Shown here: piece after piece, positions 22,354 through 32,000 of the stretch | Layout of the letters: every line of letters begins with the position of its first letter | Position numbering within the stretch: position 1 is the first letter of the stretch | From: Pseudoalteromonas translucida KMM 520 | Lineage (GTDB): Bacteria > Pseudomonadota > Gammaproteobacteria > Enterobacterales > Alteromonadaceae | DNA: 32,000 bases | Reading direction: 5' to 3' | Assembly: GCF_001465295.1 (NCBI RefSeq) | Contig: NZ_CP011034.1 | Location: 1,440,001 to 1,472,000 of the forward strand | Translations under genes and position numbers: made by a program | The notes under the pieces: generated by a model | Seen by the model: the letters and a program-made list of their open reading frames with translations, nothing else | Database searches by the model: none | What the model was told of the DNA's origin: nothing

Positions 22354-23402
22354 AAACCATTAACTTTGAGCAATTAGAAAAAGAATTAAATGCCATAAAA
22401 ATGGATACCCTTGGCAAAGTAGGCCAGCAAGATGCAGATTATATTCGCGCTGTTGTACGCAAACAGCGAGTATGTGAATGGAGCGGGCGTATTTTACTTA
22501 TGCTTGGTTTTATTGTGCCATTACTGTGGGTTGTGGGTGTGCTGTTACTCGCCCTTGCTAAAATTTTAGATAATATGGAAATTGGCCACAATGTAATGCA
22601 TGGCCAATACGATTGGATGAACGACAAGCAGCTTAATTCACAAAACTATGAATGGGACATAGCCTGCGATGGACAAAGTTGGCACCGCGTGCATAACTTT
22701 GAGCACCATACTTATACCAATATTATAGGTAAAGACCGCGATTTTGGTTATGGCTTATTAAGGCTAAGTGACGATTTTAAATGGCGTTTAAAAAACACGT
22801 GGCAATTTATAACCTATTTAAATTTAAGTGTGCTGTTTCAATGGGGGGTGTCGTATCACGAACTGGCAGGCGAGCGCGTGTTTATAGGTAAAAAGAAGCC
22901 ACACCGCGATGGAGCCGTATTGCATAGCACCTTAAAACAGCGCTTTTTTAGTAAAGGCGCGCGCCAATTAATTAAAGATTATGTGATATTTCCGCTACTT
23001 GCTGGGCCATTATTTTTGTGGGTATTAGCGGGTAACTTAGTAGCAAATTTAATTCGTAACTTATGGACGTCGACCATTATATTTTGTGGTCACTTTACTG
23101 AGCAAACCCACACTTTTAAAGAACAAGACTGTGTAAACGAAAGCCAAGGGCAGTGGTATTACCGCCAAGTATTGGGCTCATCAAATATTAAAGGACCGCG
23201 TTGGTTTCATGTATTAACCGGGCATTTGAGTTTTCAAATTGAGCATCACTTGTTTCCAGATATGCCATCGTCGCGTTATCAAGAAGTGGCACCGCAAGTA
23301 CAAGCAGTATTGCAAAAGCAAGGGATTGCCTACAATACGGGAGGGTTTTTTAGTCAATATGCCTCGGTGTTAAAGCGTATATTTCGGTATTCTTTTAAAT
23401 AG
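22350..23402 (+). CDS. Membrane fatty-acid desaturase (acyl-CoA/lipid desaturase, DesB-like)
   Basis: Three histidine boxes are present: HNVMHGQY, HRVHNFEHHTYTN and QIEHHLFP. It is translationally coupled to the reductase. Confidence 0.85.
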   Translation: MKTINFEQLEKELNAIKMDTLGKVGQQDADYIRAVVRKQRVCEWSGRILLMLGFIVPLLWVVGVLLLALAKILDNMEIGHNVMHGQYDWMNDKQLNSQNYEWDIACDGQSWHRVHNFEHHTYTNIIGKDRDFGYGLLRLSDDFKWRLKNTWQFITYLNLSVLFQWGVSYHELAGERVFIGKKKPHRDGAVLHSTLKQRFFSKGARQLIKDYVIFPLLAGPLFLWVLAGNLVANLIRNLWTSTIIFCGHFTEQTHTFKEQDCVNESQGQWYYRQVLGSSNIKGPRWFHVLTGHLSFQIEHHLFPDMPSSRYQEVAPQVQAVLQKQGIAYNTGGFFSQYASVLKRIFRYSFK

Positions 23403-23632
23403 TGATTAATAAAGTAGCTGTAACGGTAATGCCTGCATTAAATAATCGGTTAGCGTAAAGGCGTTAGCTGATTATTGCATTAAAGTGTTGAAAATGGCTT
23501 TTTTGATTAAATAACCATCACTACATGCAAAAAATTCTTCTAATTAATTTAAAAACAGGCCGTTTTGCTATGGTTAAGTAGTAGTTGGTTGTCATACAAT
23601 GGAGAAAAATAGACCACACAAGAGAGATTAAA

Positions 23633-24628
23633 ATGGCCGCATTTGGTACTGTGTTTATGCCGCAGATGATTCAAGCTCGTTTTTCTGATAATAAATGGAG
23701 CGAAAGCTCAATTGTCCCTTCTGATAAGCTTGAACTGCATCCTGGCGCTCACGTTTTACATTATTCAAGCACATGTTTTGAAGGCTTAAAAGCCTTTCGC
23801 CATGAAGATGGCTCAGTCTATATTTTTAGAATGGATGCAAACATTGCGCGCATGCAGCAGAGTTCTGAATTGCTTAGTTTACCAAGTGTTGATGGCGAGA
23901 TGCTAAAAACCATGATTATTGATATTGTGCGCCAATATGCAGATGAAACGCCTTTACCACCGGGCTCTATGTATATTCGCCCAACGCACATAGGAACAGA
24001 GGCAGCAATTGGTAAAGCCGCTGCGCCTTCTATGAGCTCATTGCTATATACCTTGTTATCGCCAGTAGGTGATTACTTTAGTGGCGGTGCAACGGCACTG
24101 CGCGTATTACTTGAAGAAGATGGTATGCGCTGTTCGCCGCACATGGGCATGATAAAAAGTGGTGGCAACTACGCCAGTGCACTAGGACCAATTTCAGCAG
24201 CACGTACTAAGCATCAGGCAGATCAAATTTTATTTTGTCCAGGCGGCGACGTACAAGAAACCGGTGCAGCTAACTTTATTTTAATTGATGGCAACGAAAT
24301 TATTACTAAAGCGCTCGATAGCACGTTTTTACATGGTGTTACCCGTAATAGTATTTTAACCATAGCTAAAGACTTAGGTATGACGGTAAGCGAGCGTAAC
24401 TTTAGCGTTACTGAACTTTTAGAGCGCGCAGCTAAACCGGGCACTGAAGCAGCACTTTCGGGTACTGCGGCAGTATTAACACCAGTGGGCACCTTTATTC
24501 ATAATGATAAAGAATACCAAGTTGGTAACGGCGAAGCTGGCCCAACTACAGCGCGCCTGCGCCAAGCATTGAACGATATTCAATGGGGTAAAACTGCAGA
24601 TACACACGGTTGGTTAACTAAAATTTAG
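23633..24628 (+). CDS. ilvE: Branched-chain amino acid aminotransferase (fold-type IV, long form)
   Basis: ...LHYSSTCFEGLKAFR..., ...YIRPT... and ...GGNYASAL... are typical BCAT motifs. ATG 23633 (MAAFGTVF...) is preferred over the listed upstream start at 23585. Confidence 0.8.
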   Translation: MAAFGTVFMPQMIQARFSDNKWSESSIVPSDKLELHPGAHVLHYSSTCFEGLKAFRHEDGSVYIFRMDANIARMQQSSELLSLPSVDGEMLKTMIIDIVRQYADETPLPPGSMYIRPTHIGTEAAIGKAAAPSMSSLLYTLLSPVGDYFSGGATALRVLLEEDGMRCSPHMGMIKSGGNYASALGPISAARTKHQADQILFCPGGDVQETGAANFILIDGNEIITKALDSTFLHGVTRNSILTIAKDLGMTVSERNFSVTELLERAAKPGTEAALSGTAAVLTPVGTFIHNDKEYQVGNGEAGPTTARLRQALNDIQWGKTADTHGWLTKI

Positions 24629-24648
24629 TTTTTAATTTAACCTATTAA

Positions 24649-24684
24649 AAAAGCCACCTAATTAACTTTAATTAGGTGGCTTTT
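24649..24684. terminator. Bidirectional rho-independent terminator between convergent aminotransferase and receptor genes
   Basis: A 12-bp stem GCCACCTAATTA (24653-24664) / TAATTAGGTGGC (24669-24680) has a 4-nt loop. It is flanked by an A-run on the left and T4 on the right. Confidence 0.85.
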
Positions 24685-24738
24685 GTACTTTTGCTATTTA
24701 ATTAGCGTTTAGGTTAAATAGCTTTACACCTTAGTGGA

Positions 24739-27321
24739 TTAAAATCTCATTTCTATTTTGCCGTAAACGTAGCGGCCATTAAAACCAAATGGCGAAAAGC
24801 TTGAGTACGAAAATAAGCGTGAGAATGTAGTTACGTCATCAACTAGGTCGCGAGTTGGATCTGGGTATACATCAAAAATATTATTAGCACCTAAACTTAC
24901 CGATACATTGTCAGTTACTGCGTAGGCGACATCTAAGTCGGTGATCCATTTTGGTTTTAAAACTTCGTTACGCTCTGGAATATCCGATGGATCTTGGGTT
25001 TCGCCGTAGCGAGTGTTTCGTAGGGTGGCGCGCCAATCATCCATAGTCCATACCGCGCTTAAATTATATTTATTACGCGGGGTACTTACTTCAAAGCGAC
25101 GTAGTTCGTTACCAGAGAATAAGTTGTCTTGATCAAACCCAGCGCCTTGCAGCTCTGCAGGTGGGGCAATAATGTCGGTTACTTGGTTTTTGCCATAGTT
25201 AAAGCCTAAATTAAATGCCACATCGCCGTAGTTATCTGTAATTAGATTATATGAAGCAACCACATCAACACCGCGAGTTTTACTATCAATAGCGTTTAAG
25301 AAAAATCGCCCTTGATTAGCCCCCGTACCTTCGAGTAAATCGGCAATAGCGGCGCCAGATAAGTTATTCGACAGTACAATACGGTCATCAATAAGTATTT
25401 GATAGTAATCTACCGATAAGCTGAAATTAAAGTCGGTTGACCAAGTAAAGCCTATTCCATAGTTGGTGGCTTCTTCGGCATCTAGACCCGGTGATCCGAG
25501 TGCTTTTGCAACGTTACTACTGGGCGCAAAAGTACCAGTTTGTGTGGGTTCACCATCAACAAATACAGTAGCAACTGAAGTAAAATGTTGTTGCTGTAGC
25601 GAAGGCGCTCTAAAACCGGTTGATACTGAGGCGCGCAGCGCTAAATCTTCGGTTAGTGTATAACGTGTGGCAATTTTACCGTTTAAGGTATCGCCAAAGT
25701 CAGAGTAATCTTCGTAACGTGCTGCAACGGTTAAGTTCCAGTTGTCGGTAATGTAGGCTTCTAAATCTACGTATAAACTTACATTATGGCGGCTGTTATC
25801 GCTTGCCGATTCAGGGGTGAAACCAGGGAATACTTGTGAGCCTGCTGAACCAAATGGGCCGTTCACCGGATCGGTTACTGCACCACCTGGGCCAAATGTG
25901 CCTTGAGCATAAGAGGCTTCTTCGCCTGCTTGAATTTCGTAGCCTTCGCGGCGGTACTCAGCACCTACAGCAATGTTCAAACCGCTGGCTAAAAAGTCGA
26001 CATCAACCTCGCGGCTAAAATCAACATTAAGCGTAAGTTGGTCATAAGTAAGTGTACCGGCATCAAAACGTGTTTGGCTACTTGGCCCATACGAAGTATT
26101 TAAGCTATCTATTACACCAAATTCAAAGTCATCTAGCCCGTATACGGCAGATACATCGTAATTCCACTCACTCACAAAGCCTTTAACACCCAATGCGAGA
26201 GAAAAGTCGTTTATATCTGAGGTGATCACCGGTAAAAAGCCGTCGGGGTAAATTTCTGTGACGTTACGATTATCTTGCGCGCGGCGGTAAAAACCACCAC
26301 CTTCGCCTTCGCGTTTACTATAAGAGCCAAAAGAATATAGCTCAGCGTTATTTGTTAGCTCATATCCTGCGTTATAAAAAACAGAAAAGTCTTCTACATT
26401 ACCATTACCAAAATTATGATTGTAGCGATCCCAGGTTAACTCGCGCGGATCGAGTGCGCCATTTACGGAGCCATCATCTAAACGAGCGTAGTTTTCACGT
26501 TGGTCGTAGTCAGAGCGATTGGTTGAATGACGATCGCGATATTCGGTAGATATATTTAAAAAACCGTTATCGCCTAGCTCAAATCCCATATTGCCTTGCA
26601 GTGTTAACGTTTGGCCATCGGTTAATGAACGGTCGCTCCCTTCGTTAAAGGCTAAATTACCATTGGCATCTTCTGATACCGATTTAAGTTCAGGCACGCC
26701 ATCCATTTCGGTCATGTTTGCGCCATAGATAGCCGACACAGAACCGCCACTACTGGCACTTTTAAGTACAATATTAATAACACCGGCTATTGCGTCGGAG
26801 CCATATTGTGCAGCAGCGCCATCACGTAGTACTTCAATTCTGGCAATCGCATTGGCTGGAATAGCATTTAAATCAACTGATGATGAGCCACGACCCGTTG
26901 AGCCATTTAAATTAAGTAGCGCATTACTATGGCGGCGCTTACCATTAACAAGCACTAAGGTGTGATCGGGTGCTAAACCACGCAGTTGAGCCGGGCGTAC
27001 ATGGTCACTACCATCGGTGAGTGATGCTTGCGGAAAGTTAAAGCTAGGCAGTAAGCTACTAAGCAGGGCGTTGGTTTCGGTTTGACCTGAGTTTTTAAGC
27101 GAATCGGCACCAATAATATCAATTGGAACTGGGCTGTCCTCTACAGTTCGGCCTAGTCGGCGTGAGCCAATAACACTAATTTGTTCAATATTTGCTTCGG
27201 CTTGGGTGTCTTGCTCAGCAGCAGATGCGTACATAGACCCCAGTAATGCCGCCGATACGCTTAGCGCGCATACCGTGAGTGGCGTTGATTTTTGCAGTTT
27301 TAATAATAATTTATTATTCAT
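24739..27321 (-). CDS. TonB-dependent outer-membrane receptor
   Basis: It has a signal peptide (...LLGSMYASAAEQ), a plug-domain TonB-box-like IEQISVIGSR, the plug motifs ...VLRDGAAAQYGSDAIAGVINIV..., and a C-terminal ...YGKIEMRF ending in Phe. ATG 27321 is preceded by GAGGGA. The track starts at TTG 27339. Confidence 0.9.
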   Translation of the reverse strand: MNNKLLLKLQKSTPLTVCALSVSAALLGSMYASAAEQDTQAEANIEQISVIGSRRLGRTVEDSPVPIDIIGADSLKNSGQTETNALLSSLLPSFNFPQASLTDGSDHVRPAQLRGLAPDHTLVLVNGKRRHSNALLNLNGSTGRGSSSVDLNAIPANAIARIEVLRDGAAAQYGSDAIAGVINIVLKSASSGGSVSAIYGANMTEMDGVPELKSVSEDANGNLAFNEGSDRSLTDGQTLTLQGNMGFELGDNGFLNISTEYRDRHSTNRSDYDQRENYARLDDGSVNGALDPRELTWDRYNHNFGNGNVEDFSVFYNAGYELTNNAELYSFGSYSKREGEGGGFYRRAQDNRNVTEIYPDGFLPVITSDINDFSLALGVKGFVSEWNYDVSAVYGLDDFEFGVIDSLNTSYGPSSQTRFDAGTLTYDQLTLNVDFSREVDVDFLASGLNIAVGAEYRREGYEIQAGEEASYAQGTFGPGGAVTDPVNGPFGSAGSQVFPGFTPESASDNSRHNVSLYVDLEAYITDNWNLTVAARYEDYSDFGDTLNGKIATRYTLTEDLALRASVSTGFRAPSLQQQHFTSVATVFVDGEPTQTGTFAPSSNVAKALGSPGLDAEEATNYGIGFTWSTDFNFSLSVDYYQILIDDRIVLSNNLSGAAIADLLEGTGANQGRFFLNAIDSKTRGVDVVASYNLITDNYGDVAFNLGFNYGKNQVTDIIAPPAELQGAGFDQDNLFSGNELRRFEVSTPRNKYNLSAVWTMDDWRATLRNTRYGETQDPSDIPERNEVLKPKWITDLDVAYAVTDNVSVSLGANNIFDVYPDPTRDLVDDVTTFSRLFSYSSFSPFGFNGRYVYGKIEMRF

Positions 27322-27523
27322 GTTGATTCCCTCATTCAAAAACGCAGTAAATTAGTTCAGTTAAATTTGCAGTAACAATTGAGCTAATTAAAATTACAGC
27401 TTTTAACATATACCCAAGCAGCAAAGGCAGTCAATTGAATAACATTCAATAAACATTATGTTTACTTTAAAGTGAGGGATTAATAATAGGAATTTATTAT
27501 CTAGAGTTTAAGTTAGCTATAAC

Positions 27524-27832
27524 TCACCACTTTATTTTTCCAATGAGCATATCTTTAAACATAACCCAGTCGCCCCACAAACTATAAAAAGGGTGCTTGA
27601 AGGTAGCGGGTCTGTTTTTTTCAAAAAAGAAATGCCCAACCCAGGCAAAACCATAGCCAATTACTGGTAACAACCACAATAAACGGTATTGTGATTTAAG
27701 TACCGCTACGCCAATAACAAAAAGTACTAAAGTGCTGCCAATAAAGTGTAAGCGTCGGCACGTAATATTGCGGTGCTCTGTTAAGTAGTAGGGGTAAAAT
27801 GCTTTAAAGCTATTAAATTTAGGGCTGGGCAT
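27524..27832 (-). CDS. DUF962 / Mpo1-like membrane protein (short form)
   Basis: The ORF is 102 aa. ...YYLTEHRNITCRRLHFIGS... and ...WVGHFFFEKNRPATFKHP... are present. It shares the GH(Y/F)F(F)E.K.PA.F motif with the 18275..18778 product. Confidence 0.7.
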   Translation of the reverse strand: MPSPKFNSFKAFYPYYLTEHRNITCRRLHFIGSTLVLFVIGVAVLKSQYRLLWLLPVIGYGFAWVGHFFFEKNRPATFKHPFYSLWGDWVMFKDMLIGKIKW

Positions 27833-27986
27833 GTATTGCTCTTATTTATGCTGCGTAATCTTATTAAAGCCTAAATTTACACTTGTTTACAGCGACAAGT
27901 GGTATTGAACGTATCTAGGTAGACAAACTTGCTTAAAGTTAATAACTTAGGCCTACTATTAAAAATCAATAATAATGGAACGATAA

Positions 27987-30143
27987 ATGTTTAAACAAAC
28001 CCTAGCATGTGCTGTTCTTGTAGCACTTAGCGGCTGCTCAGAGCCAACTAATACCGCAACTAATAAAGAAGCTAAAGCACCCATGAGCCAAGCAAATTCA
28101 GTAAACTACCCTGTAACTAAAAAGGGTGATGTAGTAGATAACTACTTTGGCGAAACACTGGCCGACCCATATCGCTGGTTAGAAGATGATATGAGCGCAG
28201 AGACTGCCAATTGGGTTAAAGCACAAAACAAGGTAACCTTTTCGTATTTAGAGCAAATTCCTTATCGCGATAAGTTAAAGCAGCGTCTTGAAAAGTTAAT
28301 GAACTACGAAAAAATAGGCGCTCCCTTTACCGAGGGCGATTACACCTACTTTTATAAAAACGATGGCCTGCAAAACCAGTATGTTTTATACCGCAGTAAA
28401 GAGGGCGGTGACGTTGAGGTGTTTTTAGATCCAAACAAATTTAGCGACGATGGCACTACGTCTATGTCGGGGCTGTCGTTTTCAAAAGATGGCTCATTAC
28501 TGGCGTATCAAATATCGGAAGGCGGCAGTGATTGGCGCAAAATTATTATTATAGACACGCAAACTAAAGAGCAAGTGGAACAGGCTTTAGTTGATGTGAA
28601 ATTTAGTGGTATAGACTGGTTAGGCAACGAGGGTTTTTACTATTCTAGCTACGATAAACCTGAAGGCAGTGAGTTGTCGGCTAAAACCGATCAGCATAAA
28701 GTGTACTATCACACCTTAGGATCTGATCAAGCAACCGATAAACTGGTATTTGGTGCAACAGATGAGCAAAAACATCGTTATGTAGGAGCAGATGTAACGC
28801 ATGATGGCCGTTATTTACTTATTTCGGCTAGTACTTCTACTTCGGGTAATAAGCTATTTATTAAAGACTTAACTCAAAAAAATAGCGAGTTTGTGACTAT
28901 TGTAGGAAACACCGACTCAGATACATCGGTTATCGATAACGAAGGCAGTAAGCTGTTTTTAGTGACTAACTTAAATGCCCCAAATCAAAAAGTAGTAACG
29001 GTAGATGCAGCTGATCCTGGTCCGCAAAACTGGCAAGACTTTATTCCCGAAACCGAAAATGTATTAAAGCTTACTAAAGGCGGCGATACCTTTTTTGCAA
29101 ACTACATGGTTGATGCTATTTCAAAAGTGAAACAGTACAACAAAAAGGGTGAGCTAATTCGCGATATTACCTTACCGGGTGTAGGCACAGCGGGTGGCTT
29201 TAGTGGCAAAAAAGAGCAAACAACGCTGTATTACTCTTTTACCAATTATAAAACCCCAGGAACGACTTATACGTTTGATGTAACTACGGGAGAGTCGGGT
29301 GTTTATCGTAAGTCTGGGGTTGATTTTAATAGTGACGATTACACCTCTGAGCAAGTGTTTTATAACTCAAAAGACGGCACTAAAGTACCTATGATAATTA
29401 CCTACAAAAACGGTATAAAGTTAGATGGTTCAAACCCAACAATTTTATACGGTTATGGTGGGTTTAATATTAGCTTAACGCCAAGCTTTAGCCCAACTAC
29501 TGCCGCGTGGCTTGAACAAGGCGGCGTGTATGCGGTGGCCAATATTCGCGGTGGTGGTGAGTATGGGAAAGAGTGGCACAATGCAGGCACTAAATTACAA
29601 AAACAAAATGTATTTGATGATTTTATTGCCGCAGCTGAGTATTTACAAAGCAAAAAGTACACATCTAAACAGCGTTTAGCTCTACGTGGCGGCTCAAATG
29701 GTGGCTTATTGGTAGGCGCAGTTATGACCCAGCGACCTGACTTGTTTCAAGTAGCGCTGCCGGCTGTAGGCGTACTCGATATGCTGCGTTACCATACATT
29801 TACTGCAGGCGCAGGCTGGGCGTACGACTATGGAACCAGTGAGCAAAGCAAAGAAATGTTTACTTACATAAAAAACTATTCACCGCTGCATAATGTAAAA
29901 GCGGGCATAGAATACCCTGCAACTATGATAACAACAGGGGATCATGACGATAGAGTAGTGCCTTCGCACTCATTTAAATTTGCTGCGGAGTTACAAACTA
30001 AACAAGCGGGTACAAATCCTACGCTTATTCGTATTGAAACAAACGCCGGACATGGCGCAGGCACACCAACGAGTAAAATTATTGATTTGTACGCAGATAT
30101 GTATGGCTTTACTCTTTATAACATGGGAGTTAAGTCACTTTAA
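27987..30143 (+). CDS. Prolyl oligopeptidase (S9A family), lipoprotein-type signal
   Basis: It has the lipobox LSGC, the N-terminal ...DPYRWLED... motif, the catalytic-Ser motif GGSNGGLL, and a C-terminal ...DHDDRV...NAGHGAG.... Confidence 0.9.
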   Translation: MFKQTLACAVLVALSGCSEPTNTATNKEAKAPMSQANSVNYPVTKKGDVVDNYFGETLADPYRWLEDDMSAETANWVKAQNKVTFSYLEQIPYRDKLKQRLEKLMNYEKIGAPFTEGDYTYFYKNDGLQNQYVLYRSKEGGDVEVFLDPNKFSDDGTTSMSGLSFSKDGSLLAYQISEGGSDWRKIIIIDTQTKEQVEQALVDVKFSGIDWLGNEGFYYSSYDKPEGSELSAKTDQHKVYYHTLGSDQATDKLVFGATDEQKHRYVGADVTHDGRYLLISASTSTSGNKLFIKDLTQKNSEFVTIVGNTDSDTSVIDNEGSKLFLVTNLNAPNQKVVTVDAADPGPQNWQDFIPETENVLKLTKGGDTFFANYMVDAISKVKQYNKKGELIRDITLPGVGTAGGFSGKKEQTTLYYSFTNYKTPGTTYTFDVTTGESGVYRKSGVDFNSDDYTSEQVFYNSKDGTKVPMIITYKNGIKLDGSNPTILYGYGGFNISLTPSFSPTTAAWLEQGGVYAVANIRGGGEYGKEWHNAGTKLQKQNVFDDFIAAAEYLQSKKYTSKQRLALRGGSNGGLLVGAVMTQRPDLFQVALPAVGVLDMLRYHTFTAGAGWAYDYGTSEQSKEMFTYIKNYSPLHNVKAGIEYPATMITTGDHDDRVVPSHSFKFAAELQTKQAGTNPTLIRIETNAGHGAGTPTSKIIDLYADMYGFTLYNMGVKSL

Positions 30144-30172
30144 TTACGACTTTTTCAAAGTGAAGTAACCAC

Positions 30173-30207
30173 AAAAAACCGAGTAAATTAACTTACTCGG
30201 TTTTTTT
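30173..30207. terminator. Bidirectional rho-independent terminator between convergent genes
   Basis: An 8-bp stem CCGAGTAA (30179-30186) / TTACTCGG (30193-30200) has a 6-nt loop. It is flanked by A6 on the left and T7 on the right. Confidence 0.85.
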
Positions 30208-30230
30208 ATTAATCGTTTATAAGCCACTCA

Positions 30231-31523
30231 TTATTGAACGGGTGAAAACAGCCGTTGATAGGTTTTATAAGCGTATTCATCACTCATACCACTGAGGTAA
30301 TCGCAAATAATACGCATATCTTGGTTTTGTTTTTGCGCCTCTATGTACTGAGCTTGCGTAGTTTCGGGTAATAACCGCAGCGGATCGCTGGCAAAAGCGG
30401 TAAATAATTCAATCAGTAGGTTTTGCCCTTTAAACTCAATTTGTTGCATTTTAGGATTGCGAATTAAGCGCTGAAACACAAAGTGTTTAAGTATTTGCAG
30501 TACACTTTCGTACTGAGTTTCTAGCTTGGCTGTGTATTTTAAAATAGGGCATTCGAACGCTTCGTTTTGCACATCTAAATGAATATGAATGATAAAGGTA
30601 TTAACCAGTTCGCCTATGGCATCTTTGCGCTCAAAATCATGCTTTGAAAACAGTCGTAAAGTGAGTGATTCGAGCATGTCGTTTAACCAGCTAAAGTTAA
30701 GCGCCTGCAGTTGTGGTAATGCATGGGTTTGCCAATCATCAAGAGTGAGTACTTTGGTGGCTATGGCATCTTCTAGGTCGTGTACCGCATAAGCTATATC
30801 GTCGGCGTGCTCCATTATGGCGCTATCGAGCGATTTATAGCAGGTTTTAGCGCGGTACTTATCTATTACCGTGTGGTTGCTTAACAAGGTTTTATCGTTT
30901 TGACTCAAGGGCTCTATTATCCAATTGAATATAGCCGCATCATCGTTATATAAGCCTTTAGCTGGTCGCCAATCGTCTGCTTTAATAAATGCGCGCTCAG
31001 GGTTTGCTTTAGGAATAGTGTGCCAAAGCTCATTTATAAATGCAGGGTATTTTATAAAGCCTAGTAAGGTACGGCGCGTAAGGTTCATACCATGGCCGTC
31101 GCTGTATGGTTCAAGCTTGGCAACAATACGCAGCGTTTGCGCGTTGCCTTCAAAACCACCGTGTTCGCGCATCATATAATTAAGTGCAATTTCGCCGCCA
31201 TGACCAAACGGTGGGTGACCAATATCGTGGGCTAAGCATAGGGTTTCTAGTAATCCGGTTGACGGAAAATGGCTAAAGTCGCTGTGTTGTACTTTTAAAT
31301 GGCGCAGTATGCCGGTGCCAATTTGCGACACTTCTAAGGAGTGAGTAAGGCGAGTTCGGTAAAAGTCGTTTAAGCCAATACCCATAATTTGGGTTTTAGC
31401 TTGCAGACGCCTAAACGCAGCAGCATGAATAATACGAGAGCGATCAACCTGCCACGGTGAGCGATTATCATTAGGGCGATGTTTATATTGTTCTATAATT
31501 CGGCTTTGCCACTGTTTGTCCAT
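30231..31523 (-). CDS. dgt: dGTP triphosphohydrolase-like HD-domain protein
   Basis: ...DRSRIIHAAAFRRLQAKTQI...RLTHSLEVSQIG...HDIGHPPFGH... and ...ADDIAYAVHDLEDA... are typical dGTPase-family motifs. Confidence 0.85.
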   Translation of the reverse strand: MDKQWQSRIIEQYKHRPNDNRSPWQVDRSRIIHAAAFRRLQAKTQIMGIGLNDFYRTRLTHSLEVSQIGTGILRHLKVQHSDFSHFPSTGLLETLCLAHDIGHPPFGHGGEIALNYMMREHGGFEGNAQTLRIVAKLEPYSDGHGMNLTRRTLLGFIKYPAFINELWHTIPKANPERAFIKADDWRPAKGLYNDDAAIFNWIIEPLSQNDKTLLSNHTVIDKYRAKTCYKSLDSAIMEHADDIAYAVHDLEDAIATKVLTLDDWQTHALPQLQALNFSWLNDMLESLTLRLFSKHDFERKDAIGELVNTFIIHIHLDVQNEAFECPILKYTAKLETQYESVLQILKHFVFQRLIRNPKMQQIEFKGQNLLIELFTAFASDPLRLLPETTQAQYIEAQKQNQDMRIICDYLSGMSDEYAYKTYQRLFSPVQ

Positions 31524-31709
31524 ACTACTGACTCGTAATTAGTTAATAACGTTAGAATATACCCATGAACTATAAATTGCGAGTGCACACGTTGTACGGT
31601 ATTTACGCAGTTAGTGAAAATTCGCCTTTATAAAGTGGCTTAGGTATAATAACGCTTCGTATGTATGTGCATTACCCATACATAATTTAAAGTTTTATTG
31701 AGAGAGTAC

Positions 31710-32000
31710 ATGTTAAAAAACATTATAAAGTTTTTATTAGCCGCATTTTTTATTTGGGCACTGGCGTTTCCTTTTTTACAAAGTGACGAGGGTGATTCAG
31801 ATGAGCAAACAAGTTCAGAGCAATCTACAAAGAAAAAGAAAAAAGAAAAACCGCTGCACAGTGTAACGTTACCAAAGTTTTCTGAGTTTGCGGATGTAAA
31901 AGATAAAAAACGGGCATTTTTTAACTTTATTAAACCGCATGTAGAAGCCGAAAATAAAAAGATTTTACAGCAACGCGCTAATTTAGAAATTGCCCGAATG
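31710..32000 (+). CDS. Bax-like protein (N-terminal part; glucosaminidase-domain family), truncated by the window end
   Basis: An ATG at 31710 is followed by a signal/TM segment and a Lys-rich linker. Then ...LPKFSEFADVKDKKRAFFNFIKPHVEAENKKI... parallels E. coli Bax ...LPDLRKYPSGTPRKKAFLRTVMPYITSQNAAI... (from memory). Confidence 0.6.
   Translation, partial: MLKNIIKFLLAAFFIWALAFPFLQSDEGDSDEQTSSEQSTKKKKKEKPLHSVTLPKFSEFADVKDKKRAFFNFIKPHVEAENKKILQQRANLEIARM

Noticed and set aside
25463-26549. Plus-strand ORFs (25463..25663, 25836..26018, 26352..26549) inside the TonB-dependent receptor gene
   Set aside because: They lie antisense to a well-supported 860-aa receptor gene. They are shadow ORFs.
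27437-27460. Fur-box-like AT-rich hexamer run (GAATAACATTCAATAAACATTATG) upstream of the TonB-dependent receptor
   Set aside because: My best hand alignment gave only about 11 of 19 matches to the GATAATGATAATCATTATC consensus, in DNA that is AT-rich anyway. This is not distinguishable from background without a scoring matrix.

Overview
The window has two parts.

(1) Positions 1 to about 11030 are the late, plus-strand operon of a contractile-tail (P2/Mu-like myovirus) prophage or tailocin. The genes are tightly packed. In order they are:
- a tube-like gene
- a TraR/DksA zinc-finger gene
- a lysis cassette: GH108 endolysin, 3-TM holin and a membrane-anchored coiled-coil protein
- a tail assembly chaperone with a -1 frameshift extension
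- tape measure, W-position protein, baseplate J, tail protein I and a 924-aa tail fibre
- three hub/spike genes, followed by a strong rho-independent terminator

No head, terminase, integrase or regulatory genes are in view, because the left boundary lies outside the window.

(2) Positions about 11030-12366 are a very AT-rich stretch with no ORF of 60 aa or more. It contains several short repeats, a GATC cluster and one terminator-backed 55-aa ORF.

From 12367 onward the sequence looks like ordinary AT-rich gammaproteobacterial chromosome, probably a marine Alteromonadales-like organism (this is a guess). It encodes:
- a membrane-anchored EEP-family enzyme and an MFS transporter
- an Sbt-type permease with a divergent LysR regulator
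- two DUF962/Mpo1-like proteins, an SDR and a DUF2238 protein
- an IS3-family transposase remnant
- a 59-aa gene absent from the ORF track
- a reductase plus membrane desaturase operon (desCB-like)
- a branched-chain aminotransferase, a TonB-dependent receptor and a prolyl oligopeptidase
- a dGTPase-like HD protein and a Bax-like partial ORF

I found no CRISPR array, rRNA or tRNA gene, and no recognisable multi-gene defence system.

The observations most worth a second look are:
- an in-frame TAG that splits the tube-like gene
- a sharp compositional chimera inside the tail fibre
- the repeat-bracketed ORF desert at the prophage/chromosome junction

All family assignments come from motif recognition by eye and memory. 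No searches were run.
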